DNA of 64,000 nucleotides, taken from the NCBI GenBank assembly GCA_036303105.1, contig JAXJBF010000135.1, positions 192 to 64,191 of the forward strand. Direction: 5' to 3'. This document shows positions 1 to 9,323 of the stretch, piece after piece. Below the pieces are notes generated by a model. That model was given only the letters and a program-made list of their open reading frames with translations, searched no databases and was not told the origin of the DNA. Each line of letters begins with the position of its first letter. The stretch's first letter is position 1. The translations under genes and the position numbers were made by a program. The DNA comes from Peptococcaceae bacterium. GTDB taxonomy: Bacteria; Bacillota; Peptococcia; Peptococcales; Peptococcaceae.

Positions 1-948
1 GTTCACATCGCCATAGAAACTGCCCTTGAGCACCTTGCCCATGCGATGGAAGCTGCCAGCCGGCAGAACCAATTCCCCATCAGCTGGGTATGCACCAATA
101 ACAACGGTTGTGGAGCCTCTGCGGCCACTTTGCCAAGCAATCGAGCCAACCTTCGTATTGCCCGTGCAATCGATGACGTATTCAGCACCCAGACCATCGG
201 TCAATTCCCGAATGGCAGCAGGTACGTCTTCCACCGTGCCGGTGTTGATGGTATCGGTTGCGCCAAATCGCAGGGCATCATCCAGGTTATCTTGCTTGAT
301 GTCGCAGGCAATGATCTTGCTTGCACCAGCAATGCGTGCGCCTTGAATGGCATTGGCACCAACGCCGCCGATGCCAAAGATGGCCACTGAAGAACCTGGT
401 GTAACCTGAGCAGCGCGTACACTGGCGCCATACCCTGTTGCCACGCCGCAGCCGATCATGCAGGCCTGGGCCATTGGCATTTCGTCAGGGATCTTGATGC
501 AGCTCATCTCTGGTACAACGGTGTATTCTGCAAAGGTAGAGAGCAGGGATGAATGATAGCAAGTTTCGCCATCCAGCGTCATACGAGTGGTGCCATCCAT
601 CAAGGTGCCACCGAACATTGGGCCGAACGCTGATTCACACAGATGCACCTTGCCTGTGCGGCAGTATGCGCAAGTGCCGCAGTAAGGCACCCAGCTCAAA
701 GTCACATGGTCACCTGGTTTACAGGTGCTGACGTTTGGCCCAACGGCGACAACCACACCAGCACCTTCGTGACCAAGAACCTGCGGAATTGGGGTGGTAG
801 GGTCTTCCAGGGTGTTCAGATCACTGTGACACACAGCCGTTGCCTTGATCTGCACCAGCACTTCATTTGCCTTTGGTTCAGCCAATTCTACCTCACGGAT
901 TTCCAGAGGTTGTCCTACACCAGTCATTACAGCAGCTTTCATTTTCAT
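1..948 (-). CDS. Zn-dependent alcohol dehydrogenase family protein (C-terminus runs off left edge)
   Basis: Absent from the ORF track because there is no stop in the window. Manual reverse translation from ATG 948-946 gives MKMKAAVMTGVGQPLEIREVELAEPKANEVLVQIKATAVCHSDL..GHEGAGVV..CGTCAYCRTGK..AIFGIGGVGANA. AGGAGG lies about 9 nt upstream. Confidence 0.85.
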   Translation of the reverse strand, partial: MKMKAAVMTGVGQPLEIREVELAEPKANEVLVQIKATAVCHSDLNTLEDPTTPIPQVLGHEGAGVVVAVGPNVSTCKPGDHVTLSWVPYCGTCAYCRTGKVHLCESAFGPMFGGTLMDGTTRMTLDGETCYHSSLLSTFAEYTVVPEMSCIKIPDEMPMAQACMIGCGVATGYGASVRAAQVTPGSSVAIFGIGGVGANAIQGARIAGASKIIACDIKQDNLDDALRFGATDTINTGTVEDVPAAIRELTDGLGAEYVIDCTGNTKVGSIAWQSGRRGSTTVVIGAYPADGELVLPAGSFHRMGKVLKGSFYGDVN

Positions 949-997
949 AACAATCCGCCTCCTATGCGTTTTATTCTCTTTCTGCAAATACTATGGA

Positions 998-2491
998 TTA
1001 ATAAGCGATCCAGATGGATTTTCTCTTCGTATACAAATCAAGGGAAAGGTTGCCGCATTCCATGCCCCAGCCACTTTCCTTATAACCACCGAATGGGCTG
1101 GTGTGTTCATAGCAGCCATATTTGTTGATAAAGATCTGGCCTGCCTTGAGCGCCTTGGAAACACGCTGGGTGCGCGCAACATCATTGGTCCAGAACCCTG
1201 CACCCAAACCATATGGGCTGTCGTTGGCAATGGCGATGGCTTCTTCTTCGGTGTCAAATGGGATAACCGTCAGCACTGGGCCAAAAATTTCTTCTCGTGC
1301 AATGCGCATTTGGTTGTTGCAATCGACAAAAATGGTTGGATTGATAAAATATCCGTTGGCATTGCTGCCTTCCACATTGCGGTCGCCACCGCAGAGCAGC
1401 CGTCCGCCTTCGTTCTTGCCGATCTCAATGTAGCGCATGATCGATTCAAAATGTTCCTTGGAAACCTGCGCGCCCTGGTTGGTCGTTGGATCGAATGGAT
1501 CGCCAACCTTCCAGGTTTTGGCGCGTTCTGCCAAGCCTTCTAATACCCGATCATAAATGGAACGCTGTACCAATAAGCGTGTTGGTTCTGAACATTTTTC
1601 ACCCTTACCAGAAAACATTGCCACAAAGGATCGTTCAATGGCCCAATCTAAATCTGGTGCATCTTCAAAGATGATGTTTGGCGATTTACCGCCCAATTCA
1701 AGGCTCAGTGTTTTCAGATTGGAATCTGCTGAATCATGTACCAGCTGACGTCCGACGGCTGTGCTGCCTGTGAAGGCCACCTTATCGACGAGCGGATGAC
1801 GGGTGATGTATGAGCCTACAGAGCCCTTGCCGAGGATCAGGTTCAGCACCCCTGCTGGCAAAAGCCCGGATTCATCAAAGATTTCAAATAAACGGATCAG
1901 AGAGAACGACGTCACACTGGATGGCTTAATAACCACGGTATTGCGCATCGCCAGCGCCGGTGCCAACTTATAGCCGGTCATATCCATTGGATAGTTCCAT
2001 GGGATGATCTGTCCGCACACACCAACAGGTTCACGAACGGTATACGACATAAAGTTCCCCATGACCGGGTTCACGTCGCCATAGTACTTATCGCACCAGC
2101 CAGAATAATAATCAAAGAAATCGGCAACATTCACAACGTCTTCGCAGCCTTCCTGGAAGGTTTTGCCGTTGTCCAGCGTCTCCAGGGTTGCCAATTCTTC
2201 CACATGCTCGCGAATCAACGCCGACAGCTTGCGCATGATGACGCCGCGCTCTTTGTGGGTGATGTCCGACGTCCATGGGCCATGATCAAATGCCTCACGC
2301 GCTGCCGCCACGGCACGGTCCACGTCTTCTTCGTTGGCGCAGCGGAACTGACCGATGACCTGTCCTGTCGCCGGATTGACAGATTCCTTCAATTCGCCGG
2401 AACCTTCGACCCATTGACCGCCAATATAAATAGATTTAACATCCTTCAGCCACTCTTGCGCCCATTCCCGTTTTGGTTGATAATTGCTCAT
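998..2491 (-). CDS. NAD(P)-dependent aldehyde dehydrogenase
   Basis: ALDH-family translation (ELGGKSPNIIF, EEIFGPV, FGGYKESG). Start moved to MSNYQPK at 2491, which has a GAGGAA RBS. Confidence 0.9.
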   Translation of the reverse strand: MSNYQPKREWAQEWLKDVKSIYIGGQWVEGSGELKESVNPATGQVIGQFRCANEEDVDRAVAAAREAFDHGPWTSDITHKERGVIMRKLSALIREHVEELATLETLDNGKTFQEGCEDVVNVADFFDYYSGWCDKYYGDVNPVMGNFMSYTVREPVGVCGQIIPWNYPMDMTGYKLAPALAMRNTVVIKPSSVTSFSLIRLFEIFDESGLLPAGVLNLILGKGSVGSYITRHPLVDKVAFTGSTAVGRQLVHDSADSNLKTLSLELGGKSPNIIFEDAPDLDWAIERSFVAMFSGKGEKCSEPTRLLVQRSIYDRVLEGLAERAKTWKVGDPFDPTTNQGAQVSKEHFESIMRYIEIGKNEGGRLLCGGDRNVEGSNANGYFINPTIFVDCNNQMRIAREEIFGPVLTVIPFDTEEEAIAIANDSPYGLGAGFWTNDVARTQRVSKALKAGQIFINKYGCYEHTSPFGGYKESGWGMECGNLSLDLYTKRKSIWIAY

Positions 2492-2510
2492 GATTGTTTT
2501 CCTCACTTTC

Positions 2511-3794
2511 TTATAATCCTTGCTCAGATGCGGACTGTTTCAGATCTTCTACAACAGCCGCCAAGCCTTTTTCTTTGATACGCTGTGACAAATATACATA
2601 ACCATAGGTTTCTTTTGCTTCAACAATCTGCGGAATGCTGCTGGCCGCATAGCGGCGGCACACCGCTTCATCAAGGGTGATGCCATCCAGACAATGGATA
2701 CGCATTTTTTCCATTGCCCGCGTCAGCATCATCATATTATCCATCAGCAGGAAACCCATCATTTCTTCCCAGAGATTAATATGAATCTCTCCCTGGCCGA
2801 CTGCCTGCTGAATGGTGTGATCGTGCCCTTCAACAAGGAAGGCACATTGAATCATCATTTCTGGCAGCACCGGGTTGACCTTGCCTGGGAAAAAGGAAGA
2901 GCCTGCTTGGACCGCTGGCAGATGAAGCTCGCCCAGCCCTGTTTCCGGGCCTGAAGAAAGCACACGCAGGTCGCGCGAAAACTTTGCCAGAATCTGCGCC
3001 AAGCGCATCACCGCACTGGAAACCTCAGCCAGATCATCCGGATACTGTGCCGCATCCAGCAGGCTTTCCCGCCAGCACACCGACACGCCTGTGATTTCTT
3101 GCAGCGCCTGCAAAATCTCTGAACGATACGCTGCCGGAGCACCTGTGCCGGTACCGACGACAGTGCCGCCTAAATTGACCTGCACGAGCATGTCCTGTAA
3201 ATGTGCCAATGTGCGCCGCTGTCTTTGCAGTGCATGAGCGGTGCCGTCAAAAAGTGCACCGGCCGAAATTTTTAAGCCATCTTGCCAACAGGTGCGCGCT
3301 ATGGTTGGAATCTTCTGAAATTTTTCCGCAAATAAAAGAAGATGGTGTTCCCAGCGCTCACATTCTTCGTCCAAGTCCGCCAACATCTGGCGCACGGTCA
3401 AGCGCAATGTCGTGTGGCAAACATCCGACGTCGACTGTGACAAGTTCACATCATTGACCGGATGCACTGCCTCGCCGGCCAAAGCGGCAATGACCTCGTT
3501 GAGGTTCATGTTGATGCCGATTCCGCCGCCGCCATGGTAAACATCCACAGGGAACTGCTCAAGATGCGCGCCTGTGTGTAACACACGGCAGGCTTTATCA
3601 ATGGCCAGCGCCCGCTCCTGTGACAACAGCCCTGCACGCTGATTTGCCAACGCACAGGCGGCTTTCACACATGCCGCCATACGGATGTACTGCGGAAAGT
3701 TGGACAATGGAACACCGGAAAACGACATATTTTCCAGGGTGCGTTTGGTCTGTTCACCATACAAGATATCTTCTGATCGTTCTTCTTTCACCAC
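2511..3794 (-). CDS. Aspartase/fumarase (lyase class II) family protein, atypical
   Basis: YGEQTKRTLENM N-terminus and signature-like GSSFFPGKVNPVLPE. 427 aa. GTG start. Confidence 0.8.
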   Translation of the reverse strand: MVKEERSEDILYGEQTKRTLENMSFSGVPLSNFPQYIRMAACVKAACALANQRAGLLSQERALAIDKACRVLHTGAHLEQFPVDVYHGGGGIGINMNLNEVIAALAGEAVHPVNDVNLSQSTSDVCHTTLRLTVRQMLADLDEECERWEHHLLLFAEKFQKIPTIARTCWQDGLKISAGALFDGTAHALQRQRRTLAHLQDMLVQVNLGGTVVGTGTGAPAAYRSEILQALQEITGVSVCWRESLLDAAQYPDDLAEVSSAVMRLAQILAKFSRDLRVLSSGPETGLGELHLPAVQAGSSFFPGKVNPVLPEMMIQCAFLVEGHDHTIQQAVGQGEIHINLWEEMMGFLLMDNMMMLTRAMEKMRIHCLDGITLDEAVCRRYAASSIPQIVEAKETYGYVYLSQRIKEKGLAAVVEDLKQSASEQGL

Positions 3795-3904
3795 ACGTCA
3801 TTCACTCCCTTGCTGGATTCTGATTGTCGAACCTTCATACCTGTTTTTTCACAATGCGTTCATATTGTGAATATATATTTTGTAATGTGAACTATCTTGA
3901 CGTC

Positions 3905-3933
3905 ATTTTATGCGATATTCTATTTATTGTCAA
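3905..3933 (-). promoter_or_regulatory. Candidate sigma-A promoter for the lyase-ALDH-ADH operon
   Basis: Minus strand reads TTGACA-17 nt-TAAAAT, about 105 nt upstream of the GTG start. Confidence 0.35.
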
Positions 3934-4306
3934 TATTCAAACTATTTAATTCTTTTTTTCACGATCCTTTAGCACCCTGTCACAGAATCAAACGATCGTT
4001 CCGAATGGTTTTGCCATCTATATTTCTTGTTTAAAGGTTTATTTTATTTGTTTTCTATCTAATTATTTTTCTCTCATTTTTTTCATCATCATTTAGTGGA
4101 CGAAAAAAACCAAACCGTATATGCGCATAATTTCACATAATCATCTGCTGCTATACAATGTTTTCTTGAGTTTTATGTTTTTCGTTAGTTTATCTTTTTT
4201 AATTTCATGCTATTAAATATTTTTCATAACGTTTAACGCCCATTATCATGCCTTATACCAATGATTCACGGCCTGTCGTAAAACATCCTCTTTCATTACC
4301 TGCACA

Positions 4307-4338
4307 CAAAAAGGCAGACCGTGACGGTCTGCCTTTTT
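4307..4338. terminator. Bidirectional intrinsic terminator hairpin
   Basis: GGCAGACCG-TGA-CGGTCTGCC flanked by an A-run and a T-run, just downstream of the XRE gene. Confidence 0.7.
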
Positions 4339-4355
4339 CTGCATGCATCGGCAAT

Positions 4356-4751
4356 TTATGGCGTTTCTTCCGCTTCTTCCTGCGGCGCAACTTGTTGGAG
4401 CAGGTCTTCGGCGCTGATGCCGTAAAGTTTGGCGAGAGCGAGCAGGTTCGACGTTGAGGGATCGGCGACGCCGTTTTCCCATTTGCTCACAGCCTGGCGG
4501 CTGACGCCGAGGCTTTCGGCGACGAATTCCTGTGTCATTTTGCAGCGTGTGCGTTCGGCACGCAGCACTTCGCCCAGAGAATGGCGGATTTCCTTCTTTT
4601 CCTCGCGCACCTCCTTGCTGCCGATGTATTTCTTCAGCGCTTTGACAATGAGAATGAAAAGATAAACAACCGCGCCAAGCACTGCCAACTCAGCGAGCAG
4701 CCAGAGCAAGGCAACAAAAATACCAACGGTGGTCATCGCCATAGCTATCAT
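4356..4751 (-). CDS. XRE-family HTH regulator with N-terminal transmembrane segment
   Basis: Hydrophobic N-terminus (VGIFVALLWLLAELAVLGAVVYLFILIV), then MTQEFVAESLGVSRQAVSKWENG HTH. Confidence 0.8.
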   Translation of the reverse strand: MIAMAMTTVGIFVALLWLLAELAVLGAVVYLFILIVKALKKYIGSKEVREEKKEIRHSLGEVLRAERTRCKMTQEFVAESLGVSRQAVSKWENGVADPSTSNLLALAKLYGISAEDLLQQVAPQEEAEETP

Positions 4752-4953
4752 CCTTTCTGTGTATTTCTTGCTTTCATTCTAACGAAAAACACTGGTTGCC
4801 ACCATCACCTTTCGCGCAACTTTAGGGCGCATCGTGGTATTTCACCGGTCGTAACAAAAAAAGAAGGTTCCACAAAAGCCAACGCCAGATAAGGAAGTGT
4901 TTATGTAAGGGGTACGGTGTAACTCAGGAAAATGGGTTACACCGTACCTTTTG

Positions 4954-5169
4954 TTATGCTACAAAGCGGAAGTCCTGCGGGTTTTCCCGTATTTCCTTCA
5001 TCATAGCAAGAATTTCCTGGTCGGTGGGAATGTCTATCATTCCCACCGCCGTGAAGTAAATATCCACTTTCACATAACAGTGACCGCTTGACTTATCGTT
5101 GTTGTGAACCTCAATACGCTCAATCAGTGAGTTTACAAGCGTTGGGGTAAGCTCCGTAATATCCGTCAT
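4954..5169 (-). pseudogene. C-terminal fragment of a large serine recombinase (DUF4368-like tail)
   Basis: 71 aa, LTPTLVNSLIERIEVHNNDKSSGHCYVKVDIYF, resembling the TnpX/TndX-type recombinase C-terminus. No catalytic domain present. Confidence 0.6.
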
Positions 5170-5423
5170 TGTACGAAGCGCTTTTTCGTTGCCGTCATGC
5201 GCTCATAGGCTCTTTTGGCGTTGCAGTTGATACCGCTGACATACATACGCTCATCGGTCTTTTTATCATTGGAAACATACTGCAAGGCGGCGTAAAGATC
5301 GCTGTCCACATACCTTTTGTCGATGGTTTTATCGGGATTTTCCGCATAGTCGATCACTTCCTTCAGCCTGCTTTTCACAGGCCAACAGCCGGTAGTTGCC
5401 ACATCATACCACCAACCTTTCAC
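5166..5423 (-). pseudogene. N-terminal fragment of a MOB relaxase
   Basis: 85 aa, VKSRLKEVIDYAENPDKT..YVSGINC, typical of a relaxase N-terminus. Truncated far short of full length. Confidence 0.6.
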
Positions 5424-5706
5424 GCTTGGGCAGTATCAATTCTTCGGTAATACTATCAATAAGTGCGACAATTTTTTCTTCCGTGTCCACTGAGATTTTG
5501 CCTTCGCATACCACACAAAGTGCATCTAATTTATCATTGAAAGAGAAAAACACTTCAGGCAAAACGGCTCTCGGCATATATCCCAAAGCACGCTGGCGGA
5601 GATATTCCGATACGCTCAGACCGCACTTTTCGGCGTTATGCTTAATCAGTTTTTTCTCTTTTTCGCTGACACGGATAAATAGATTTTTGTTCTTTATTTC
5701 ATTCAT
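5404..5706 (-). CDS. mobC: MobC-family relaxosome accessory protein
   Basis: IRVSEKEKKLIKHNAEKCGLSVSEYLRQRALG ribbon-helix-helix motif. Overlaps the relaxase fragment. Confidence 0.8.
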   Translation of the reverse strand: MNEIKNKNLFIRVSEKEKKLIKHNAEKCGLSVSEYLRQRALGYMPRAVLPEVFFSFNDKLDALCVVCEGKISVDTEEKIVALIDSITEELILPKRERLVV

Positions 5707-5763
5707 ACAACATCAGTCCTTTCCTTGAATTCGGGGTATTAGGGGCGGCAGTCCCTAAAGTGA

Positions 5764-5811
5764 AATCGGCTTTCAAAGCCGATTGGGGTGGAAACTGTCA
5801 ATACAGTTTCC
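5764..5811. other. Candidate oriT: two adjacent inverted repeats upstream of mobC
   Basis: AATCGGCTTTCAAAGCCGATT (5764-5784) and GGAAACTGTCAATACAGTTTCC (5790-5811). Confidence 0.4.
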
Positions 5812-6364
5812 CTGCTTGTTACGGTATGAGACATCTAAGCTGTCCTTTTCGTGGGCGTTTTGCCGGTCTGTTTGAATGTCGTTTTTCTATCCCTGCCCCG
5901 GAGTCTTACCGCAGCGTCGTTTCGCTCTCACTGTTCACACAAGAGGTCTTGGCAAAATCATATCCCATCCAGCCGCTCATTCAGTTGTAACCGGCTTTCG
6001 GGCAACAAAAAAAGCCGGCACACAAATGCGTACCGACTTCCCGCAAAAAGGATAGACTTCTCCCTTGCGGTGGCGGCTTCACATTCATGTAACCGGCTTT
6101 GAAATTCAAAGTCGAAACTGTCCTTTACGCTTTTCCGACTGCCGACAGTTCAAGGCAATTCAGAAGCGGTGATGTTTTCGCTTAGCACACTACTGGCATT
6201 GTCCGGCTCTCAGCCGTCATCCCAAATCTGTGAAGAAAGCTATTCAGTTGTAGTCCTTGTTAAGGTGAATTTTGTTATACACTATAGAACAAATGTTTGT
6301 CAATACTTTCCGAATAAGTTCTTGAATATTTTTCAGGAATATGGGAATACTATTCGATTTGGAC

Positions 6365-6402
6365 AAAAACCGATGAACTGTAGTTGTTTTCTCGTTCATC
6401 GG
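6365..6402 (-). terminator. Intrinsic terminator ending the sirtuin operon
   Basis: CCGATGAAC/GTTCATCGG stem followed on the minus strand by TTTTT. Confidence 0.6.
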
Positions 6403-6410
6403 CTTTGTAT

Positions 6411-6593
6411 TTATGGATTTGGCTTACTGACAACTTTAACTTGAAAATTTTGCACATCAATCAAAGTTTCTTGTTTGCATTTCGGACAGTAAATCGGAAA
6501 GTTCTTTATTTTTGTATCTTCCCGTACTTTTTCGTGCGTTTTTCTCCCGCAGACAGGACAGAGTATCCATTCTGTTTTTGTACCCATAAACAT
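6411..6593 (-). CDS. Cysteine-rich KTR domain protein
   Basis: CPVCGRKTHEKV..YCPKCKQETLIDV, two CxxC pairs. Start may be 6587. Confidence 0.8.
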   Translation of the reverse strand: MFMGTKTEWILCPVCGRKTHEKVREDTKIKNFPIYCPKCKQETLIDVQNFQVKVVSKPNP

Positions 6594-6605
6594 ATATCCC
6601 TCTTA

Positions 6606-7472
6606 TTATAAATCGTCCAATACTGCGGCAATATCGCTGTTGATACAAACAGATTGCTTTTCGATTTCCTGAGGACAAAACGCCTCGCCGTAATTGATAC
6701 AAGCGTAAGTGGCATTCGGGTTTTTAGCTGTCATCTTCCAGAAAGGATATTTAATAATAACCGGCGTATTAGCGCCTACGCCAAGCTCCAGAAACAGAAT
6801 ATGCGAATTCTTGTGGCGGCAGATAAAATCATCGTAACGACTGGAAGCAGCATACCAGCCTTTATCCTGAACAAAGGTCATATCGCTGCGTAGGTTCATT
6901 GTCATCGGTGCTCCGCATACCGGACATTTAGGGATTAACTCTGTGGGGATTTTCATATCCTTTTGTTGGGCGACCATTTGACGGACAGATTTTTCATTGT
7001 CATAGGTTTTTTGATGGCAGGGCTTAGAGCATTGCCAAAGTCCGTAATCCCCCTGCGTATAGAACAGCCGCTTTTTATCAAAACCGGCAAGCTGAAACTG
7101 ATGATCCACATTGGTGGTAAGCACAAAATAATCCTTATCTTTTATCAGCATCAACAAGTCGGCATAGGGCTTTCCAACACCGACATCATAGCGATTTACA
7201 AAAATATGCCGCGACCACCACGCCCAATATTCCTCCAAGGTGTCATAGGGATAAAAACCGCCGGAATAAATATCCCGGATTCCGTATTTCTTATAGAAGT
7301 CTGAAAAATATCGTTCAAACCGTTCGCCATCATAGGTAAATCCTGCCGAAGTGGACATTCCCGCACCAGCGCCGACTACAATAGCGTCGGCCGTTTCAAT
7401 CTCATTTTTCAGTTTTTTAATTTGCCCCGAGTAATTCTCGATAGATTTTGTAGTCAATATCCTTGAAAACAT
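6606..7472 (-). CDS. Sirtuin, class-M-like (SirTM-type, putative protein ADP-ribosyltransferase)
   Basis: GAGAGMSTSAGF, TTNVDHQF, and FYTQGDYG where canonical sirtuins carry the catalytic His. Cys4 zinc ribbon. Overlaps the macrodomain gene by 56 nt. Confidence 0.85.
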   Translation of the reverse strand: MFSRILTTKSIENYSGQIKKLKNEIETADAIVVGAGAGMSTSAGFTYDGERFERYFSDFYKKYGIRDIYSGGFYPYDTLEEYWAWWSRHIFVNRYDVGVGKPYADLLMLIKDKDYFVLTTNVDHQFQLAGFDKKRLFYTQGDYGLWQCSKPCHQKTYDNEKSVRQMVAQQKDMKIPTELIPKCPVCGAPMTMNLRSDMTFVQDKGWYAASSRYDDFICRHKNSHILFLELGVGANTPVIIKYPFWKMTAKNPNATYACINYGEAFCPQEIEKQSVCINSDIAAVLDDL

Positions 7473-8196
7473 TAAAAATCACCTCAATTTCGCTGTGTGT
7501 TTGGGATTTGAAATCTTTTACGGTCTGAACAGCAATTTCTGCCGCCTTATCATTTGGGAAATGGAACTCACCCGTAGAAATACAGCAGAATGCAATACTC
7601 TTTACCCCGTTTTGCTCCGCCAGCTCCAAGCAGGAGCGATAGCAGGACGCAAGTGCATTTTTATCGCTCTTTGTAACCTGTTCCCCAATAATCGGACCGA
7701 CTGTGTGAATTACATACCGGCAGGGCAGATTAAAAGCAGGGGTAATTTTTGCTTTGCCCGTTTCTTCTTCGTGTCCCTGCTTTCTCATCAATTCTGCACA
7801 AGCCAGACGAAGCTGCACACCTGCAAAAGTGTGAATGGCATTGTCAATGCAGCCGTGATTCGGGTAAAAGCAGCCGAGCATTTGGCTGTTCGCCGCATTC
7901 ACAATAGCGCCGCACGCCAGCGTAGTAATATCGCCCTGCCAAAGATACAATCCCTGTTGGATCGCTTGTAAATCGGTAAGTCTCGTAACTCTTTTTCTAT
8001 GTATCTCCTCTTGCAAATAGGCATTCTGTACATCTAAAAATGCGTCATTGACAGGCAAGGGCATACGGATATTGAAAAGAGCGCGCAACAGGACTTTTTG
8101 TTCCTGCCCACTCGGTGGAATTTCGATTTTGGAATACTTTGGCTGCTCTTTTAACAGCTCCTGTATAAGAAATAATCTTCTTTCTATTTGTGTCAT
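7417..8196 (-). CDS. Macrodomain protein (protein-ADP-ribose hydrolase type)
   Basis: GDITTLACGAIVNAANSQMLG..GCIDNAIH..CCISTGEF macro motifs. Confidence 0.85.
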   Translation of the reverse strand: MTQIERRLFLIQELLKEQPKYSKIEIPPSGQEQKVLLRALFNIRMPLPVNDAFLDVQNAYLQEEIHRKRVTRLTDLQAIQQGLYLWQGDITTLACGAIVNAANSQMLGCFYPNHGCIDNAIHTFAGVQLRLACAELMRKQGHEEETGKAKITPAFNLPCRYVIHTVGPIIGEQVTKSDKNALASCYRSCLELAEQNGVKSIAFCCISTGEFHFPNDKAAEIAVQTVKDFKSQTHSEIEVIFNVFKDIDYKIYRELLGAN

Positions 8197-8197
8197 A

Positions 8198-8821
8198 TTA
8201 TCCTCTCTTTACGATCGCACGCATAGGACAGATTTCAAAACAGTTTCCGCAGTGCAGACAGTGATTCTGATTGATTACAACGGGCTTCACACTAATGTCA
8301 ATACATTTTTGCGGGCATTTAGAGTAACATAATTTGCAACCGATACATTTATCGGTTACATAATAACCCTCTTGAACTTCTTCTCTGCCGCCAAAAGCAA
8401 AATTGGCACGTTCGATTGGTTTTTTAGAAAGGTCGAACCATTCTCCGGTTCCCTCGTACAGTTGAAAAACTCGAATTGCGCTGCGAGATTCTTCCGTGGG
8501 ATAAATCTCATACATATAGGTGTTTTTATCAAACAGAGCTTTGGTATACTGCGTGTTCAGCTCCCGTACCTTACCACGCAGAGAAACTGCTGCGCTGGTC
8601 ATGGTATTTTCACCTTTTATGCCAGTCAGGGAAATATAACCTTGCTTTTTCAACCGTTTATAAAAGCTCTTTCCCTGTGCTGTGAGAAAGTATAAGCTGC
8701 TCTCATCGCTATCCATTATATCGATGGCACAAGTAACCGGCAGCCCTTGTTCATCCATCGTAGCAACAACAGTCGTATGAATTTCACGTGCGATGAATCG
8801 CAGGTAATCTTTTGCTTCCAT
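8198..8821 (-). CDS. PNPOx-like FMN-binding split-barrel domain fused to 2x[4Fe-4S] ferredoxin domain
   Basis: N-terminal PNPOx-like region. C-terminal CIGCKLCYSKCP and CLHCGNCFEICP motifs. Confidence 0.75.
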   Translation of the reverse strand: MEAKDYLRFIAREIHTTVVATMDEQGLPVTCAIDIMDSDESSLYFLTAQGKSFYKRLKKQGYISLTGIKGENTMTSAAVSLRGKVRELNTQYTKALFDKNTYMYEIYPTEESRSAIRVFQLYEGTGEWFDLSKKPIERANFAFGGREEVQEGYYVTDKCIGCKLCYSKCPQKCIDISVKPVVINQNHCLHCGNCFEICPMRAIVKRG

Positions 8822-8833
8822 AAAAGATTCCTC

Positions 8834-9284
8834 CTATTTGATACCCTTTAGAATGGGTGTAAGTTTTTTATAAATCAACATGGTAAAGACACTGATCGCA
8901 AGCCCTTTGAGCAAATTGAACGGGAAAGCGTTGTACAGCACTACATCGAGTTTGGTTTTGATAAAGGGGATAAATACGCCAAACGAGGCAATTACCTGAT
9001 CCAGCGGCATAAACTGTTCAAACATCGATAAAAGAACAAAGTAATTCATTATAGCAGACATAATCCCCTATTACACCGATTGTTGGGCCGAATGCAAATG
9101 CGCCAATCAGTGCTGGAAAATCCGACAAATCCATCTTTGCAAAGGACGGAGACAGTGGAACAGGACATTCAATAAAAGCAAGAACAAAAGATACAGCGGA
9201 AAGCATAGCCGTCATAGCCAGTGTTCGTGCATTGAAAATATTGGTTCTTTTTTGGGATATTGATTTAGATTGCGTGAACATCAT
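8834..9284 (-). pseudogene. ribU: ECF S-component, riboflavin type (RibU-like), split by a frameshift near 9018-9061
   Basis: ORFs 9018..9284 and 8834..9061 are consecutive parts of one S-component (DLSDFPALIGAFAFGP.. then ..NAFPFNLLKGLAISV). Directly downstream of the FMN riboswitch. Confidence 0.65.
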
Positions 9285-9323
9285 TTCATTCTCCTAACGA
9301 GATATGAATGGAATTAAGAGAAT

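Larger units (their letters stand above)
4954..5811 (-). mobile_element. Mobilisation-module remnant (MobC, truncated relaxase, serine-recombinase tail, candidate oriT)
   Basis: See component features. The relaxase fragment ends exactly where the recombinase C-terminal fragment begins (5166-5169). Confidence 0.6.

Noticed and set aside
845-1543. 232-aa + strand ORF spanning the ADH/ALDH junction
   Set aside because: It is antisense to two well-supported dehydrogenase genes.
3960-4250. 31-aa ORF (MRIISHNHLL..) and possible sRNA in the AT-rich spacer
   Set aside because: There is no RBS, no terminator pairing and no conservation evidence available.
5820-6365. ORFs 5760..5990, 5851..6102 and 6169..6444, and a possible group II intron or structured RNA
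   Set aside because: The ORFs have no RBS and implausible composition. I could not find a domain V-like motif. The repeated AGCCGGTTACA hairpins look like non-coding element DNA near the oriT.
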